From Ignavibacteriota bacterium (GTDB lineage Bacteria; Bacteroidota; Ignavibacteria; UBA10030), in assembly GCA_963701295.1 (NCBI GenBank), contig OY969585.1:896001-960000 (forward strand): a stretch of DNA of 64,000 bases, in the 5' to 3' direction. Of the stretch, positions 1 to 8,948 are shown one piece after another. Made by a program: the position numbers and the translations under genes. The notes beneath the pieces are model-generated. The model did no database searches. It was not told the DNA's origin and worked only from the letters and a program-made list of their open reading frames with translations. Each line of letters opens with the position of its first letter. Position 1 is the stretch's first letter.

Positions 1-176
1 TGACGAACATAGGAAAGCATAGCCGGATTATCATACCCGTATAAACCAAACTTTAACGCACCGGGTGATGCAAGAAGAAAATCGTTTCGGTCATAGTATG
101 GCGAAAAAGTTGATTGGGCAACAGCAGAGCAATAAACACTGAAAATAAAAATTAATACAGCAATACATCGTTTCAT
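1..176 (-). CDS. 5' end of a secreted protein running off the window edge (possibly SppA-like)
   Basis: Not in the ORF track. ATG at 176 follows a GGAGG RBS and reads MKRCIAVLIFIFSVYCSAVAQSTFSPYYDRNDFLLASPGALKFGLYGYDNPAML, with a Sec signal peptide. Family guess is from recollection only. Confidence 0.6.
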   Translation of the reverse strand, partial: MKRCIAVLIFIFSVYCSAVAQSTFSPYYDRNDFLLASPGALKFGLYGYDNPAMLSYVR

Positions 177-266
177 CTTTTCCTCCGGAATGTTAGTGGT
201 AATGGAGTAATTTACGGAAAATGTGGTAAAAAGTTATCCTTTCCGCCGGATTTTTTACGATTGTAA

Positions 267-345
267 AGGCTTCCGATTTCTTCCCCAGCAAATTCATCGT
301 AAGAAATCGGAAGTCTTGCTAGCCCGGCAAAGATATCGGGAATCT
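267..345. repeat. 15-nt inverted repeat pair with 20-nt spacer, plus a third degenerate copy
   Basis: AGGCTTCCGATTTCT (267-281), 20 nt, AGAAATCGGAAGTCT (302-316), then AGATATCGGGAATCT (331-345). Same motif as 4475-4594. Confidence 0.85.
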
Positions 346-437
346 TATTTAAGGATGAATTATATCCAAAATTCAGTACCTTCTATCCACAAAATATTAT
401 TTCTTCAAGAACCTCTCGTTATTTCATCGGAGACCGT

Positions 438-1556
438 ATGACAAAATATAAAATTGCGTGGCTCCCCGGGGACGGTATCGGTGTTGATGTACTCGATGCC
501 GCAAAAATCGTCCTCGATAAAATTCAGCTTGACGCAGAGTACATTCATGGCGACATTGGATGGGAATTTTGGTGCAGGGAAGGAGATGCATTTCCTCAAC
601 GCACCATCGACTTGCTGAAAAATGTCGATGCTGCTGTGTTCGGCGCAATCACTTCTAAACCGGTGAAAGCAGCGCAAGCTGAATTGATTCCTCAACTTCA
701 AACCAAAGGATTAACGTACCGCTCACCCATCGTTCGCATGCGGCAAATGTTTGATCTCTATAATTGCCTGCGCCCTTGCAAAGCTTATCCCGACAATCCG
801 CTCAACTTCAAAGAAGGCATCGATCTTGTAGTCTTCCGCGAAAACACAGAAGATCTCTATGCGGGTGTCGAGTTCGCTCCGCCCCCACAAGAATTGGTCG
901 ATGTCCTCAGCAAGACTTCAAAACCATTTGCGCCATTTGCCAAACTTCCCCTTGATCAATATGCAATCTCATGCAAAATCAACACGAGAACAGGAAGCGA
1001 ACGGATTGTGAAAGCGGCATTCGACTTTGCGCGCACATTCAAGCGAAAGAAAGTTACCATTGTTCACAAAGCGAACGTTGTGCGCGCGAGCGATGGTTTA
1101 TTTCTCGAAGTTGCACAGGATGTCGCCAAACAGTATCCCGAAATTCAAACGGACGATGCCAATATCGACGCGATGACGATGTGGCTGCTGAAGAATCCTT
1201 TTCATTATGATGTGCTTGTCGCACCGAATTTATACGGCGACATCATCTCCGACCTCTGTGCGCAGATGGTAGGCGGACTCGGGTTCGGCTGTTCCGGAAA
1301 CATTGGCACCAAGTTAGCAGTGTTCGAGCCGACACACGGCTCCGCTCCGAAGTATGCCGGACAATACAAAGTGAATCCCATTGCTACCATTCTTGCCGTG
1401 AAGATGATGCTAGATTGGTTGCGTGAGACAGAGAAAAGTGCACGGCTCGAAAACGCCGTCGCTGCCGTCATTCAAGAAGGAATAATACGCACATACGATA
1501 TAGGCGGCACTGCGAGTACGCTCAATATGGCAAATGCAATTGCTGAAAGAATATAG
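438..1556 (+). CDS. Isocitrate/isopropylmalate dehydrogenase family, most like homoisocitrate dehydrogenase
   Basis: Motifs PGDGIG, RENTEDLY, HKANV, NLYGDIISDL and FEPTHGSAP. YRSPIVRMR resembles YSSPIVALR of fungal Lys12. Confidence 0.85.
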   Translation: MTKYKIAWLPGDGIGVDVLDAAKIVLDKIQLDAEYIHGDIGWEFWCREGDAFPQRTIDLLKNVDAAVFGAITSKPVKAAQAELIPQLQTKGLTYRSPIVRMRQMFDLYNCLRPCKAYPDNPLNFKEGIDLVVFRENTEDLYAGVEFAPPPQELVDVLSKTSKPFAPFAKLPLDQYAISCKINTRTGSERIVKAAFDFARTFKRKKVTIVHKANVVRASDGLFLEVAQDVAKQYPEIQTDDANIDAMTMWLLKNPFHYDVLVAPNLYGDIISDLCAQMVGGLGFGCSGNIGTKLAVFEPTHGSAPKYAGQYKVNPIATILAVKMMLDWLRETEKSARLENAVAAVIQEGIIRTYDIGGTASTLNMANAIAERI

Positions 1557-1714
1557 AAAAACCTTCTCGTTTTTACATTTTTCCGATTTCTCATCGGAAT
1601 AATCCGATACTTAAATGAGAATAGAGTACGTAGACATTTACCTTGGAAGTATTTAATTGTATTCCATAAAAAATTTTCCTATTGTATCACAGATCACTTC
1701 AATAATTTAGAAAA

Positions 1715-1723
1715 TGCTATAAT
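1715..1723 (+). promoter_or_regulatory. Extended -10 promoter element
   Basis: TGcTATAAT about 75 nt upstream of the lipoprotein ATG at 1799. Confidence 0.5.
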
Positions 1724-1798
1724 CTGTATACAGCATGTGGCAATATTTTTGTATCATGAAATAATTGTCGATACACTCATTCATTACTTAAAGGAGCA

Positions 1799-2833
1799 AT
1801 GTTTATGAAAAAACTTTTAACATCTTTTTCCATGCTTGCGATCATCATCTGTTTGCTGATGATCGCCGGTTGTGATAAAACAAATACTCAATGCCCTGTA
1901 TGCCCAGCAGGGTCTGGCGTCACAACATATAAGGTAACCGCGACGGTACTCGGACCTTCTGGTGCACCACTAGGAGGTGCGACACTCGCATTGGTGAATC
2001 CTCCCAATCAAACAGGTACATTCTCAACTTTGACAGATAGCGCCGGAAATGGAACCATCGATGCCCCTGCCGGGTCACAACAGTTAATCGCAACATTAGG
2101 AATATTTCAAGCAACAATTAACATAACGGTTAATGTTAATACTACGAATATCCCACAAACTGTTGGAACAATTAAACTCCAGCAAAATACAACGCTTGGA
2201 AAGACCTTAGTGATCTATGCCGGCTGCGAGGAGATAGAGAACGTATTAGCAGACACGAGTATTGCTTACACAAAGTTTGATCACACAACTGTTGATTCCA
2301 TGCGGATACGAGTCGCCGCCGATTCAGTTGCTGTTTTGAACTATCTCAAACAATATGCGATCGTGTTTTCCGATTGCAACTGCGGCGATGAGTATAATTA
2401 CCCGTTGCTTGCGAGAGTGTACGGACAATACGTAAAGCAAGGTGGAAGAATCTATGGCGGACACTACAATTACATGAATTTGCAGAATATTTTCCCCCCC
2501 TATTATCAGACGGAGGTATACGGTTACGGGGATTCGCTGAAAATTATTAATACGACCCTGAGTACCGCTTTAGGATATACTGTCATTCAATTCGATGGCT
2601 TGTCGAGCTATGAGCTCTGGTCCGATTTGCCTGGATCCAGCACTACAACAGTCTATGCTGTCATGACCAGTTCACCTGGATCTGCCTCATCTCCTCAAGG
2701 GATTCCAATTATTGTTGAAAATAGGTTAGGGACTGGCAAATATCTGTGGACGGCATACCATAATCAAGATATTTTAGCTGATCCTCGTTTAGTCAGGATC
2801 GTTCGGTATTTTCTTTACGCCATGGCCCAATAA
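1799..2833 (+). CDS. Lipoprotein with a carboxypeptidase-regulatory-like beta-sandwich and an alpha/beta C-terminal domain
   Basis: AAGGAG RBS, lipobox IAGC, CPVC motif, pattern G.PLGGATLAL...TLTDSAGNGTI. Confidence 0.7.
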   Translation: MFMKKLLTSFSMLAIIICLLMIAGCDKTNTQCPVCPAGSGVTTYKVTATVLGPSGAPLGGATLALVNPPNQTGTFSTLTDSAGNGTIDAPAGSQQLIATLGIFQATINITVNVNTTNIPQTVGTIKLQQNTTLGKTLVIYAGCEEIENVLADTSIAYTKFDHTTVDSMRIRVAADSVAVLNYLKQYAIVFSDCNCGDEYNYPLLARVYGQYVKQGGRIYGGHYNYMNLQNIFPPYYQTEVYGYGDSLKIINTTLSTALGYTVIQFDGLSSYELWSDLPGSSTTTVYAVMTSSPGSASSPQGIPIIVENRLGTGKYLWTAYHNQDILADPRLVRIVRYFLYAMAQ

Positions 2834-2849
2834 ACATCCCTTTCACTTT

Positions 2850-2884
2850 AAAGCCGATTCAAACATCTTGAATCGGCTTTTTTT
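2850..2884 (+). terminator. Rho-independent terminator
   Basis: AAAGCCGATTCAA, 5-nt loop, TTGAATCGGCTTT, followed by a T run. Confidence 0.85.
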
Positions 2885-3070
2885 GTACCTGATTGTATTC
2901 TCCATTTCATAGAATGTCTCTCCGCTTTCCTCTTTCTTTATTCTCCACCAGTGGCAAAATAGAAAACATCTTAATACCTTATTCCACATATATTATTTAG
3001 AGTTATTTTCACATCGGACGATGGAAGAACATAACCCGAGAAATTCATTATTCTAGAGAAGGAATTTTTC

Positions 3071-4003
3071 ATGAAAACCACTACAGTTTTGCGTAAAGCA
3101 ATTATGAAACGCCGCGCTGTTGTTGTGCCCGGTGCGCATGACGCGCTCAGTGCAAGAGTCATCGAACAATGCGGGTTTGAAGCAATTCAGGTCTCCGGCT
3201 ATGGATTAGCCGGATCCATTCTTGCGAAACCGGATGTCGGTCTGGTGCAGATGAAAGACGTGCTCGATATGACTTGGAATATCGTGCAAGCTGTCGACAT
3301 TCCAGTGATGGCGGATATCGATACCGGCGGCGGTAATGCGATAAACGCCGCATGGATTACCAAGAGACTTATTCTTATGGGAGTTGCGGGAATGAACATC
3401 GAGGATCAGGTTTTTCCAAAACGCTGCGGCCATATGTCCGGCAAAGAAGTGATTTCCGCAGAAGAGATGGCGGGAAAAATCCGGGCTTGTGCAGAGATTC
3501 GTAACAAGTTAGACAAAGACTTTATTATCAACGCACGCACCGATGTGTTCGCTCTCGCAGGATTGGATGAAGCCATCCGCCGCTGCAACTTATATATTAA
3601 AGCCGGCGCCGACTTGGCTTTTATCGATGGTATTAAGACAAAAGCTGATATTCAACGTGCCGTCAAAGAAATCAAAGGTCCGCTTTCTGTAAATCTCATG
3701 GATGCGATCTCCGGTATGAAGACCGAGCTGATTTCGATTCCTGAATTAGCTACGATGAAAGTCGGGCGTGTATCGATACCAGTTGCATCGATTATGGTGA
3801 CACACAAAGCGCTGATGACTTTCTTCACCACACTTAAAGCATCGCCGACGGGCATTTTGGCCGGACAAATTCAGTGGGCATCATCATTCGAAGAATATAC
3901 AGATTTCGTCGATCTAAAAGAATACCGCAGCATGGAAAATAAATTCTTGCCTCAAGACCGGCTCGATGGCAAATATCAGGGCGTTAAGAAGATTGTCGAA
4001 TAA
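3071..4003 (+). CDS. Isocitrate lyase/PEP mutase family enzyme (methylisocitrate lyase or 2,3-dimethylmalate lyase-like)
   Basis: Motifs PGAHDALSA, ADIDTGGG, IEDQVFPKRCGH (catalytic loop), INARTD and AGAD. Confidence 0.85.
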   Translation: MKTTTVLRKAIMKRRAVVVPGAHDALSARVIEQCGFEAIQVSGYGLAGSILAKPDVGLVQMKDVLDMTWNIVQAVDIPVMADIDTGGGNAINAAWITKRLILMGVAGMNIEDQVFPKRCGHMSGKEVISAEEMAGKIRACAEIRNKLDKDFIINARTDVFALAGLDEAIRRCNLYIKAGADLAFIDGIKTKADIQRAVKEIKGPLSVNLMDAISGMKTELISIPELATMKVGRVSIPVASIMVTHKALMTFFTTLKASPTGILAGQIQWASSFEEYTDFVDLKEYRSMENKFLPQDRLDGKYQGVKKIVE

Positions 4004-4101
4004 AAATATTTTGAGTTCAGAAAGCGAATATACGGTCGTTGTTGTTATCATTATTTCGCTTTCATTCAATAAGAACTTGCACAAATGCAGGAGACAACGT
4101 A

Positions 4102-4470
4102 ATGGCGGGTGTATACGAACTGGATCATAAAGGCAAAACTATTGTATGTTTGGATATTGCAGGTTTACAATCACAAGATAAGCCGGAGTTCCATAAACTT
4201 GTTGCACAAGCAAAACAGAATATCCGAAAACATCCTCCAAAATCAGCGCTCGTCATTACGAATGTCACAAACACCGGATTTGATACAGAGATATCTGGAA
4301 TAATTAATGAGTATGCACAGCATAACACTCCCTACGTCAAGGCTAGTGCAATCGTCGGAATATCGGGATGGGCAAAAATAATCCTGATAGCAATTAAAAC
4401 TGTAACTGGCAGGGATTTTTTCCTTGCAAACACAATGGAAGAAGCGAAGGAGTGGCTGGTACAACAATGA
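4102..4470 (+). CDS. Small STAS/SpoIIAA-like hypothetical protein
   Basis: ATG at 4102 follows CAGGAG. C-terminal F..MEEAKEWL is typical of SpoIIAA-like proteins. Confidence 0.6.
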   Translation: MAGVYELDHKGKTIVCLDIAGLQSQDKPEFHKLVAQAKQNIRKHPPKSALVITNVTNTGFDTEISGIINEYAQHNTPYVKASAIVGISGWAKIILIAIKTVTGRDFFLANTMEEAKEWLVQQ

Positions 4471-4474
4471 TGAC

Positions 4475-4594
4475 AGGTTTCCGAATTCTATCGGCGCCCG
4501 AACTAAGAAAGAAATCGGAAATCTGACACTGATTGCGACCTGATAGACTTCCGAATTCTTTCAGCGTTTTAACCGGAAGAGAATTCGGAAGTTT
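4475..4594. repeat. Array of four 15-nt quasi-palindromic repeats, alternating orientation, exact 35-nt period
   Basis: Repeats start at 4475 (AGGTTTCCGAATTCT), 4510 (AGAAATCGGAAATCT), 4545 (AGACTTCCGAATTCT) and 4580 (AGAATTCGGAAGTTT). The three spacers are each 20 nt. Confidence 0.9.
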
Positions 4595-4614
4595 TTGTAA
4601 AAAAGGAGTTCTAT

Positions 4615-5907
4615 ATGGGAATGACCGTTGTTGAAAAAATCCTTGCTCGAGCTTCAGGTGTATCATCCGTAAAAGCCGGAGATATCGTTGAGCCAAAAGT
4701 TGATCTCGCCATGTCGCATGAAAATGCCGCACTCGTAATCAACCAATTCCTTGAGATCTATCAAAACACAGGCCTCATGCCAAAAATCTGGAACTCATCG
4801 AAAGTTAGCATCATTTTCGATCACCGTGTGCCGGCAGAATCACCGAAAACGGCGTCGAATCAGAAAAAGATCCGTGAGTTTGTTACTGTGAACAAGATTG
4901 CAAAATTTCATGACGTACGAGGCGATGTAGGCGGAATTTGTCATCAAGTGTTGCCGGAAAATGGATATATAAGACCCGGATTTGTAGTGGTCGGCACAGA
5001 TTCACATACGACGAGTCACGGTGCGCTCGGTGCTTTTGCATTTGGTATCGGCGCAACCGAGATGGCAAGTGTGTGGGCACTTGGTTGTGTGTTGAATGTC
5101 GAAGTGCCGGCAACTATCAAAGTGAATGTTACCGGTAAGTTTAAAAAATTTGTCGGGCCAAAAGATCTTATTCTTCACCTTATTGGCAACTTATCAGCGG
5201 AAGGTGCAAATTTTAAGGTGATCGAATTCCACGGGCCAACCATCAAGAAAATGTCTACCTCCGGCCGTCTTGCCATTTGCAATATGTCGGTGGAAGCAGG
5301 AGCAACGAGCGGTATTGTTCCTGCCGATGATGAAACCGTCCGTTACCTTCGCGAAGAAGCTGGTATGAAAGGAAAGATTCATCTTGTCGTTCCAGATAAC
5401 GATGCAGCCTTTGAACGTATCGTCGACATCGATGTATCGAAGCTTGAACCGCAGATCGCTTGTCCGCATACTGTTGACAATGTGAAACCAATCAAAGAAG
5501 TGAAGGGCACAAAGGTTCATCAGATCGTCATCGGTTCATGCACCAATGGCCGGTTGGATGATCTTGAGATTGCTGCGAAGATCATAAAAGGTAAAAAGGT
5601 GGCACAAAGAGTACGCATGCTTATCTTTCCTGCCTCAGCTCGAATTTATAATCAGGCGCTCGCAAAAGGATATATTGGAGAATTCATGAAAGCAGGTGCC
5701 GTAGTGATGAATTCTGGCTGCGGTCCTTGTCTTGGTATCCACGAAGGTGCACTCGGGGACGGAGAAGTTGCACTCTCAACAACCAATAGAAATTTTAAAG
5801 GACGCATGGGCAACCCGAAATCAGAAGTGTACCTTTGCTCGCCGGCAGTAGCTGCTGCATCGGCAATTAAAGGAGTCATCACTGATCCCACAAAAATAAA
5901 ACTGTGA
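4615..5907 (+). CDS. 3-isopropylmalate dehydratase/homoaconitase large subunit (LeuC/HacA type)
   Basis: Motifs FDH, GICHQ, GTDSHT, IGSCTNGR, GCGPCLG (three Fe-S cysteines) and TNRNFKGRMG. Confidence 0.9.
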   Translation: MGMTVVEKILARASGVSSVKAGDIVEPKVDLAMSHENAALVINQFLEIYQNTGLMPKIWNSSKVSIIFDHRVPAESPKTASNQKKIREFVTVNKIAKFHDVRGDVGGICHQVLPENGYIRPGFVVVGTDSHTTSHGALGAFAFGIGATEMASVWALGCVLNVEVPATIKVNVTGKFKKFVGPKDLILHLIGNLSAEGANFKVIEFHGPTIKKMSTSGRLAICNMSVEAGATSGIVPADDETVRYLREEAGMKGKIHLVVPDNDAAFERIVDIDVSKLEPQIACPHTVDNVKPIKEVKGTKVHQIVIGSCTNGRLDDLEIAAKIIKGKKVAQRVRMLIFPASARIYNQALAKGYIGEFMKAGAVVMNSGCGPCLGIHEGALGDGEVALSTTNRNFKGRMGNPKSEVYLCSPAVAAASAIKGVITDPTKIKL

Positions 5908-5910
5908 AAA

Positions 5911-6004
5911 CACAAATCACAATTATTCATTCGTCATGAGTTTGACTTTTGTAATTTGAATATTTGAATTCGTTTTGGATTTGTGATTTGGAATTTGAGA
6001 TTTC
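5911..6004. repeat. Degenerate heptamer tandem repeats with a long-range inverted repeat
   Basis: TTTGTAA TTTGAATA TTTGAA ... TTTGTGA TTTGGAA TTTGAGA. CAAATCACAA (5913-5922) pairs with TTGTGATTTG (5981-5990). Confidence 0.65.
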
Positions 6005-6028
6005 TTACTCAGGCTAAAGGAGAATTTT

Positions 6029-6529
6029 ATGTCACAGGTTATCTATAAACTTGGCGATAATATTTCAACCGACATTATTTATCCGGGCCGTTATATGGCT
6101 ACAGTACTTCCGACAGAGACACCTCAATTCGCCTTTGCCGACATCAAAGAATTGAATGAAAAATTAAACACGAAACAGATCTCTCCCGGAAGTATTATTG
6201 TCGGTGGAAAGAACTTTGGATGCGGCTCCTCACGTGAGCAAGCGGTCTCGGCGCTCAAGGGGCACGAGATTATTATCATCGCGCGCAACTTTGCTCGCAT
6301 CTTTTTTCAGAACAGCATTAATCTTGGATTACAAACTATTACTTGTCCAGATGTAGAAGCAAATGAAGGAGACGAGCTTGAGATCGCAGCAAGGGAATTG
6401 GTAAACAAAACAAGCGGTAAGTCATTCCAGATCGAACCAATGCCAAAAGCACGCCAAGCCATCATCGAAGCCGGCGGATTGATCGCATATACAAGAAAAC
6501 GAGTCATGAAGAGAGCGAATCTGAGATAG
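6029..6529 (+). CDS. 3-isopropylmalate dehydratase/homoaconitase small subunit (LeuD/HacB type)
   Basis: Motifs DNISTDIIYPGRY, NFGCGSSREQA, FARIFFQNSINLG and GGL. Confidence 0.9.
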   Translation: MSQVIYKLGDNISTDIIYPGRYMATVLPTETPQFAFADIKELNEKLNTKQISPGSIIVGGKNFGCGSSREQAVSALKGHEIIIIARNFARIFFQNSINLGLQTITCPDVEANEGDELEIAARELVNKTSGKSFQIEPMPKARQAIIEAGGLIAYTRKRVMKRANLR

Positions 6530-6593
6530 CAGGCTTGCGGTGCGCTTGTACTTGGCTGTATCTGACGGAAGATATAGCACAAATAGCATATGT

Positions 6594-7019
6594 ATGATCA
6601 TCCAAAAAGAAATAACGCTTCGTGCACAAAACCGCGGATTTTATCTCGTTACTTCTGAAATTGTTTCTCAGATTCCGGAGTTACAGAATATCCAAAGTGG
6701 GCTTCTCCATGTTTTTATCAAGCATTCATCAGCATCACTCACGCTCAATGAAAATGCCGATCCGACTGTCCGAAAGGATTTTGAAAGTCATTTCAACAAG
6801 GCGGTTCCCGAAAATGCTTCCTATTTTGAGCATAACACAGAAGGTTCTGATGATATGCCGGCACATCTCAAAGCATCGATTCTCGGCAGCAGTGTATCGA
6901 TCCCGGTAACGGATGGAAGATTAAATCTCGGCACATGGCAGGGAATTTATTTCTGCGAGCATCGTAATTATGGTGGACCAAGAGAATTAATTTTGACGCT
7001 GATGGGAGAAGAGAAATAA
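6594..7019 (+). CDS. yjbQ: YjbQ/UPF0047 family (secondary thiamine-phosphate synthase-like)
   Basis: Motifs HSSASLTLNENADPTV, DDMPAHLK and LGTWQGIYFCEHR. Start re-set to ATG 6594. Confidence 0.9.
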   Translation: MIIQKEITLRAQNRGFYLVTSEIVSQIPELQNIQSGLLHVFIKHSSASLTLNENADPTVRKDFESHFNKAVPENASYFEHNTEGSDDMPAHLKASILGSSVSIPVTDGRLNLGTWQGIYFCEHRNYGGPRELILTLMGEEK

Positions 7020-7057
7020 AAATTATCCGAAGTACAGATTTAAACGATCGAATATTA

Positions 7058-7609
7058 TTACTTAAGATGTTCTTTAAGATACACTAAACCCATAGCAATC
7101 ATTGCCACCCAACCCATCACTTTTACTTCACGCTGCAAGAGTTTTTGTTCCACTTCTTCAATTGATAATTCAACGAGTTCTATTTCTTCTAAATCATCAA
7201 TTATGGGTTCGCCGATCTTGTGAGTATGGAGTGCAAGAAAGAGATTTCCATTTCCGCCGCCATGATTGCCGTTATTGGGATAACTGCCGAGAGGAATCCA
7301 TTCCGATGCTTCACATCCCATTTCCTCTCTCAACTCCCGTTTTGCAGCTGCGAGAGCATCCTCTCCCCGTTCAAGATATCCGCCTATAGGAGCAAGAGAA
7401 GTTCCCTGAACGGCATACTTGGTTTGACAAAACAAGAAGAGTGTTTTTCGATCTGTCAAAGGAAGGACAAGCACATAATCCGGCGACGCAATCCATGGCC
7501 AGTTATCAATGATTGTACCGTCCGGTAATTCGATCGTATGCTTTTCAACCTTGAGATATTTGCTGTGGTCGAGAATTATTTCTTTTTTCAGAGTCTTCCA
7601 TTGATGCAT
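7058..7609 (-). CDS. NUDIX hydrolase (ADP-ribose pyrophosphatase-like)
   Basis: Nudix box GGYLERGEDALAAAKRELREEMG. Confidence 0.85.
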   Translation of the reverse strand: MHQWKTLKKEIILDHSKYLKVEKHTIELPDGTIIDNWPWIASPDYVLVLPLTDRKTLFLFCQTKYAVQGTSLAPIGGYLERGEDALAAAKRELREEMGCEASEWIPLGSYPNNGNHGGGNGNLFLALHTHKIGEPIIDDLEEIELVELSIEEVEQKLLQREVKVMGWVAMIAMGLVYLKEHLK

Positions 7610-7806
7610 AATTTAATCCTGAGAAAAGGTAGAATTGGTTATCATACACATTCTTCTTATAGTGAATGAAGGCAATTTCAAACTATACGTCCAGGTACAA
7701 ACCATTTCAAGAATAACCTACGAAGAGGCATCGATTAGGAAATCGTTCTAGAGGTGTCTAAGATTTCCGAAAACTCATGCGTACGATAATGTTCAAGTGA
7801 GTTGTT

Positions 7807-8673
7807 CTAGTTCTTTTTCTTTTGTTCTGCCTCTGGTGAGCGGGCTAACTGCACAGAAAGCCATAATTCTAATTGTCTCGGCTTTTCTTTATTCTCCCAT
7901 GCACTACCTCGACGACCGCCATCATTATAGCCGTGACCTTCATGTTCCCCACCTTCCATCTGTGAATCTCCCACCTCGTTCCCACTCGATCCTTCTTTCG
8001 GACGTGTCCCCATTTTCATTTTGTCACGATTGAATTCTTCTGTCTCGAGTCCAATGCCAATACGATTTGCAGAAGTGACTCCGATAGCGAAAGGAGTATG
8101 CGGTGTCTTTCTCAAGGGGACTTGAAGTTCATACACCAATGATTCTTGTGAGCGGCCAATCTTTACACGAATGCCAGGTACATCCAGTGTAGAAAAGCGT
8201 TGAACATTTTCCTTTTGAGCACCGACAATTTCTAATTCCAATAACGCCTGCTCAGGAGCTGAATGTATCTGTTCCTCGTCAGACTCGGGATGAAATTCTG
8301 GGCGTGCGTCTTGTCTGGCCAGCGGATACCGAATACCGAAGGAATGGTCATTGCCGCCATCAGCATCAAACCATACAGTGAAGCCTGCTCTCATCATTTG
8401 CATTTGAGTTGTGCGGTTTTGTGTTTTCAGAAAGAGGTACACATAATCATCATCGTTGCGGATGCTGTACACAATGTCGGATTCTTTGTCGTAATACAGT
8501 CCCCGTTGCCATTCAGTGCCACTGCCATCAATAACAATATCCTCTTGCCGCCAAGTACTTGAGAGTTTAAGCGAACTGCTACAGCCAGAAAAAGCTGCGG
8601 CTCCGATAAGAAATCCACAAAGAAGAACAACTCTCATTTGTCTTCTACGATCAATAGAATTAGTTTTGTCCAC
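7807..8673 (-). CDS. Hypothetical lipoprotein with a Gly/Glu-rich loop
   Basis: GGAGG RBS before a GTG start, lipobox FSGC, IVIDG...EW and YELQVP motifs of a carbohydrate-binding-like beta-sandwich. Confidence 0.6.
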   Translation of the reverse strand: MDKTNSIDRRRQMRVVLLCGFLIGAAAFSGCSSSLKLSSTWRQEDIVIDGSGTEWQRGLYYDKESDIVYSIRNDDDYVYLFLKTQNRTTQMQMMRAGFTVWFDADGGNDHSFGIRYPLARQDARPEFHPESDEEQIHSAPEQALLELEIVGAQKENVQRFSTLDVPGIRVKIGRSQESLVYELQVPLRKTPHTPFAIGVTSANRIGIGLETEEFNRDKMKMGTRPKEGSSGNEVGDSQMEGGEHEGHGYNDGGRRGSAWENKEKPRQLELWLSVQLARSPEAEQKKKN

Positions 8674-8948
8674 TCTTATTCCTCCTGTATTGTCGTTCGC
8701 TTCATGCTATTTTACTGTGGTCACCATGCTCACAGTTTGACGAAAAGACAACGCATTAGTTTCAATAGATGACGAGGAATTGGTTGTGTTCTCAGAATAA
8801 TTTACTAACTTACAATAATATTAGATGATATTCCTAAGATTATAGAAATTCAAATCTTCTCTTCTTGGGGAGAAACATGCATCAGCCAGTTCTTGCATAC
8901 TTTTTTAAATCCCTTTTCAAAATAAATAAACATATGAATGAGGTTTTT

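Noticed and set aside
4475-4594. Canonical CRISPR array
   Set aside because: The repeats are only 15 nt, alternate in orientation and are imperfect. Spacers 1 and 3 look related, and there are no cas genes or leader in the window. Kept as an unexplained repeat array.
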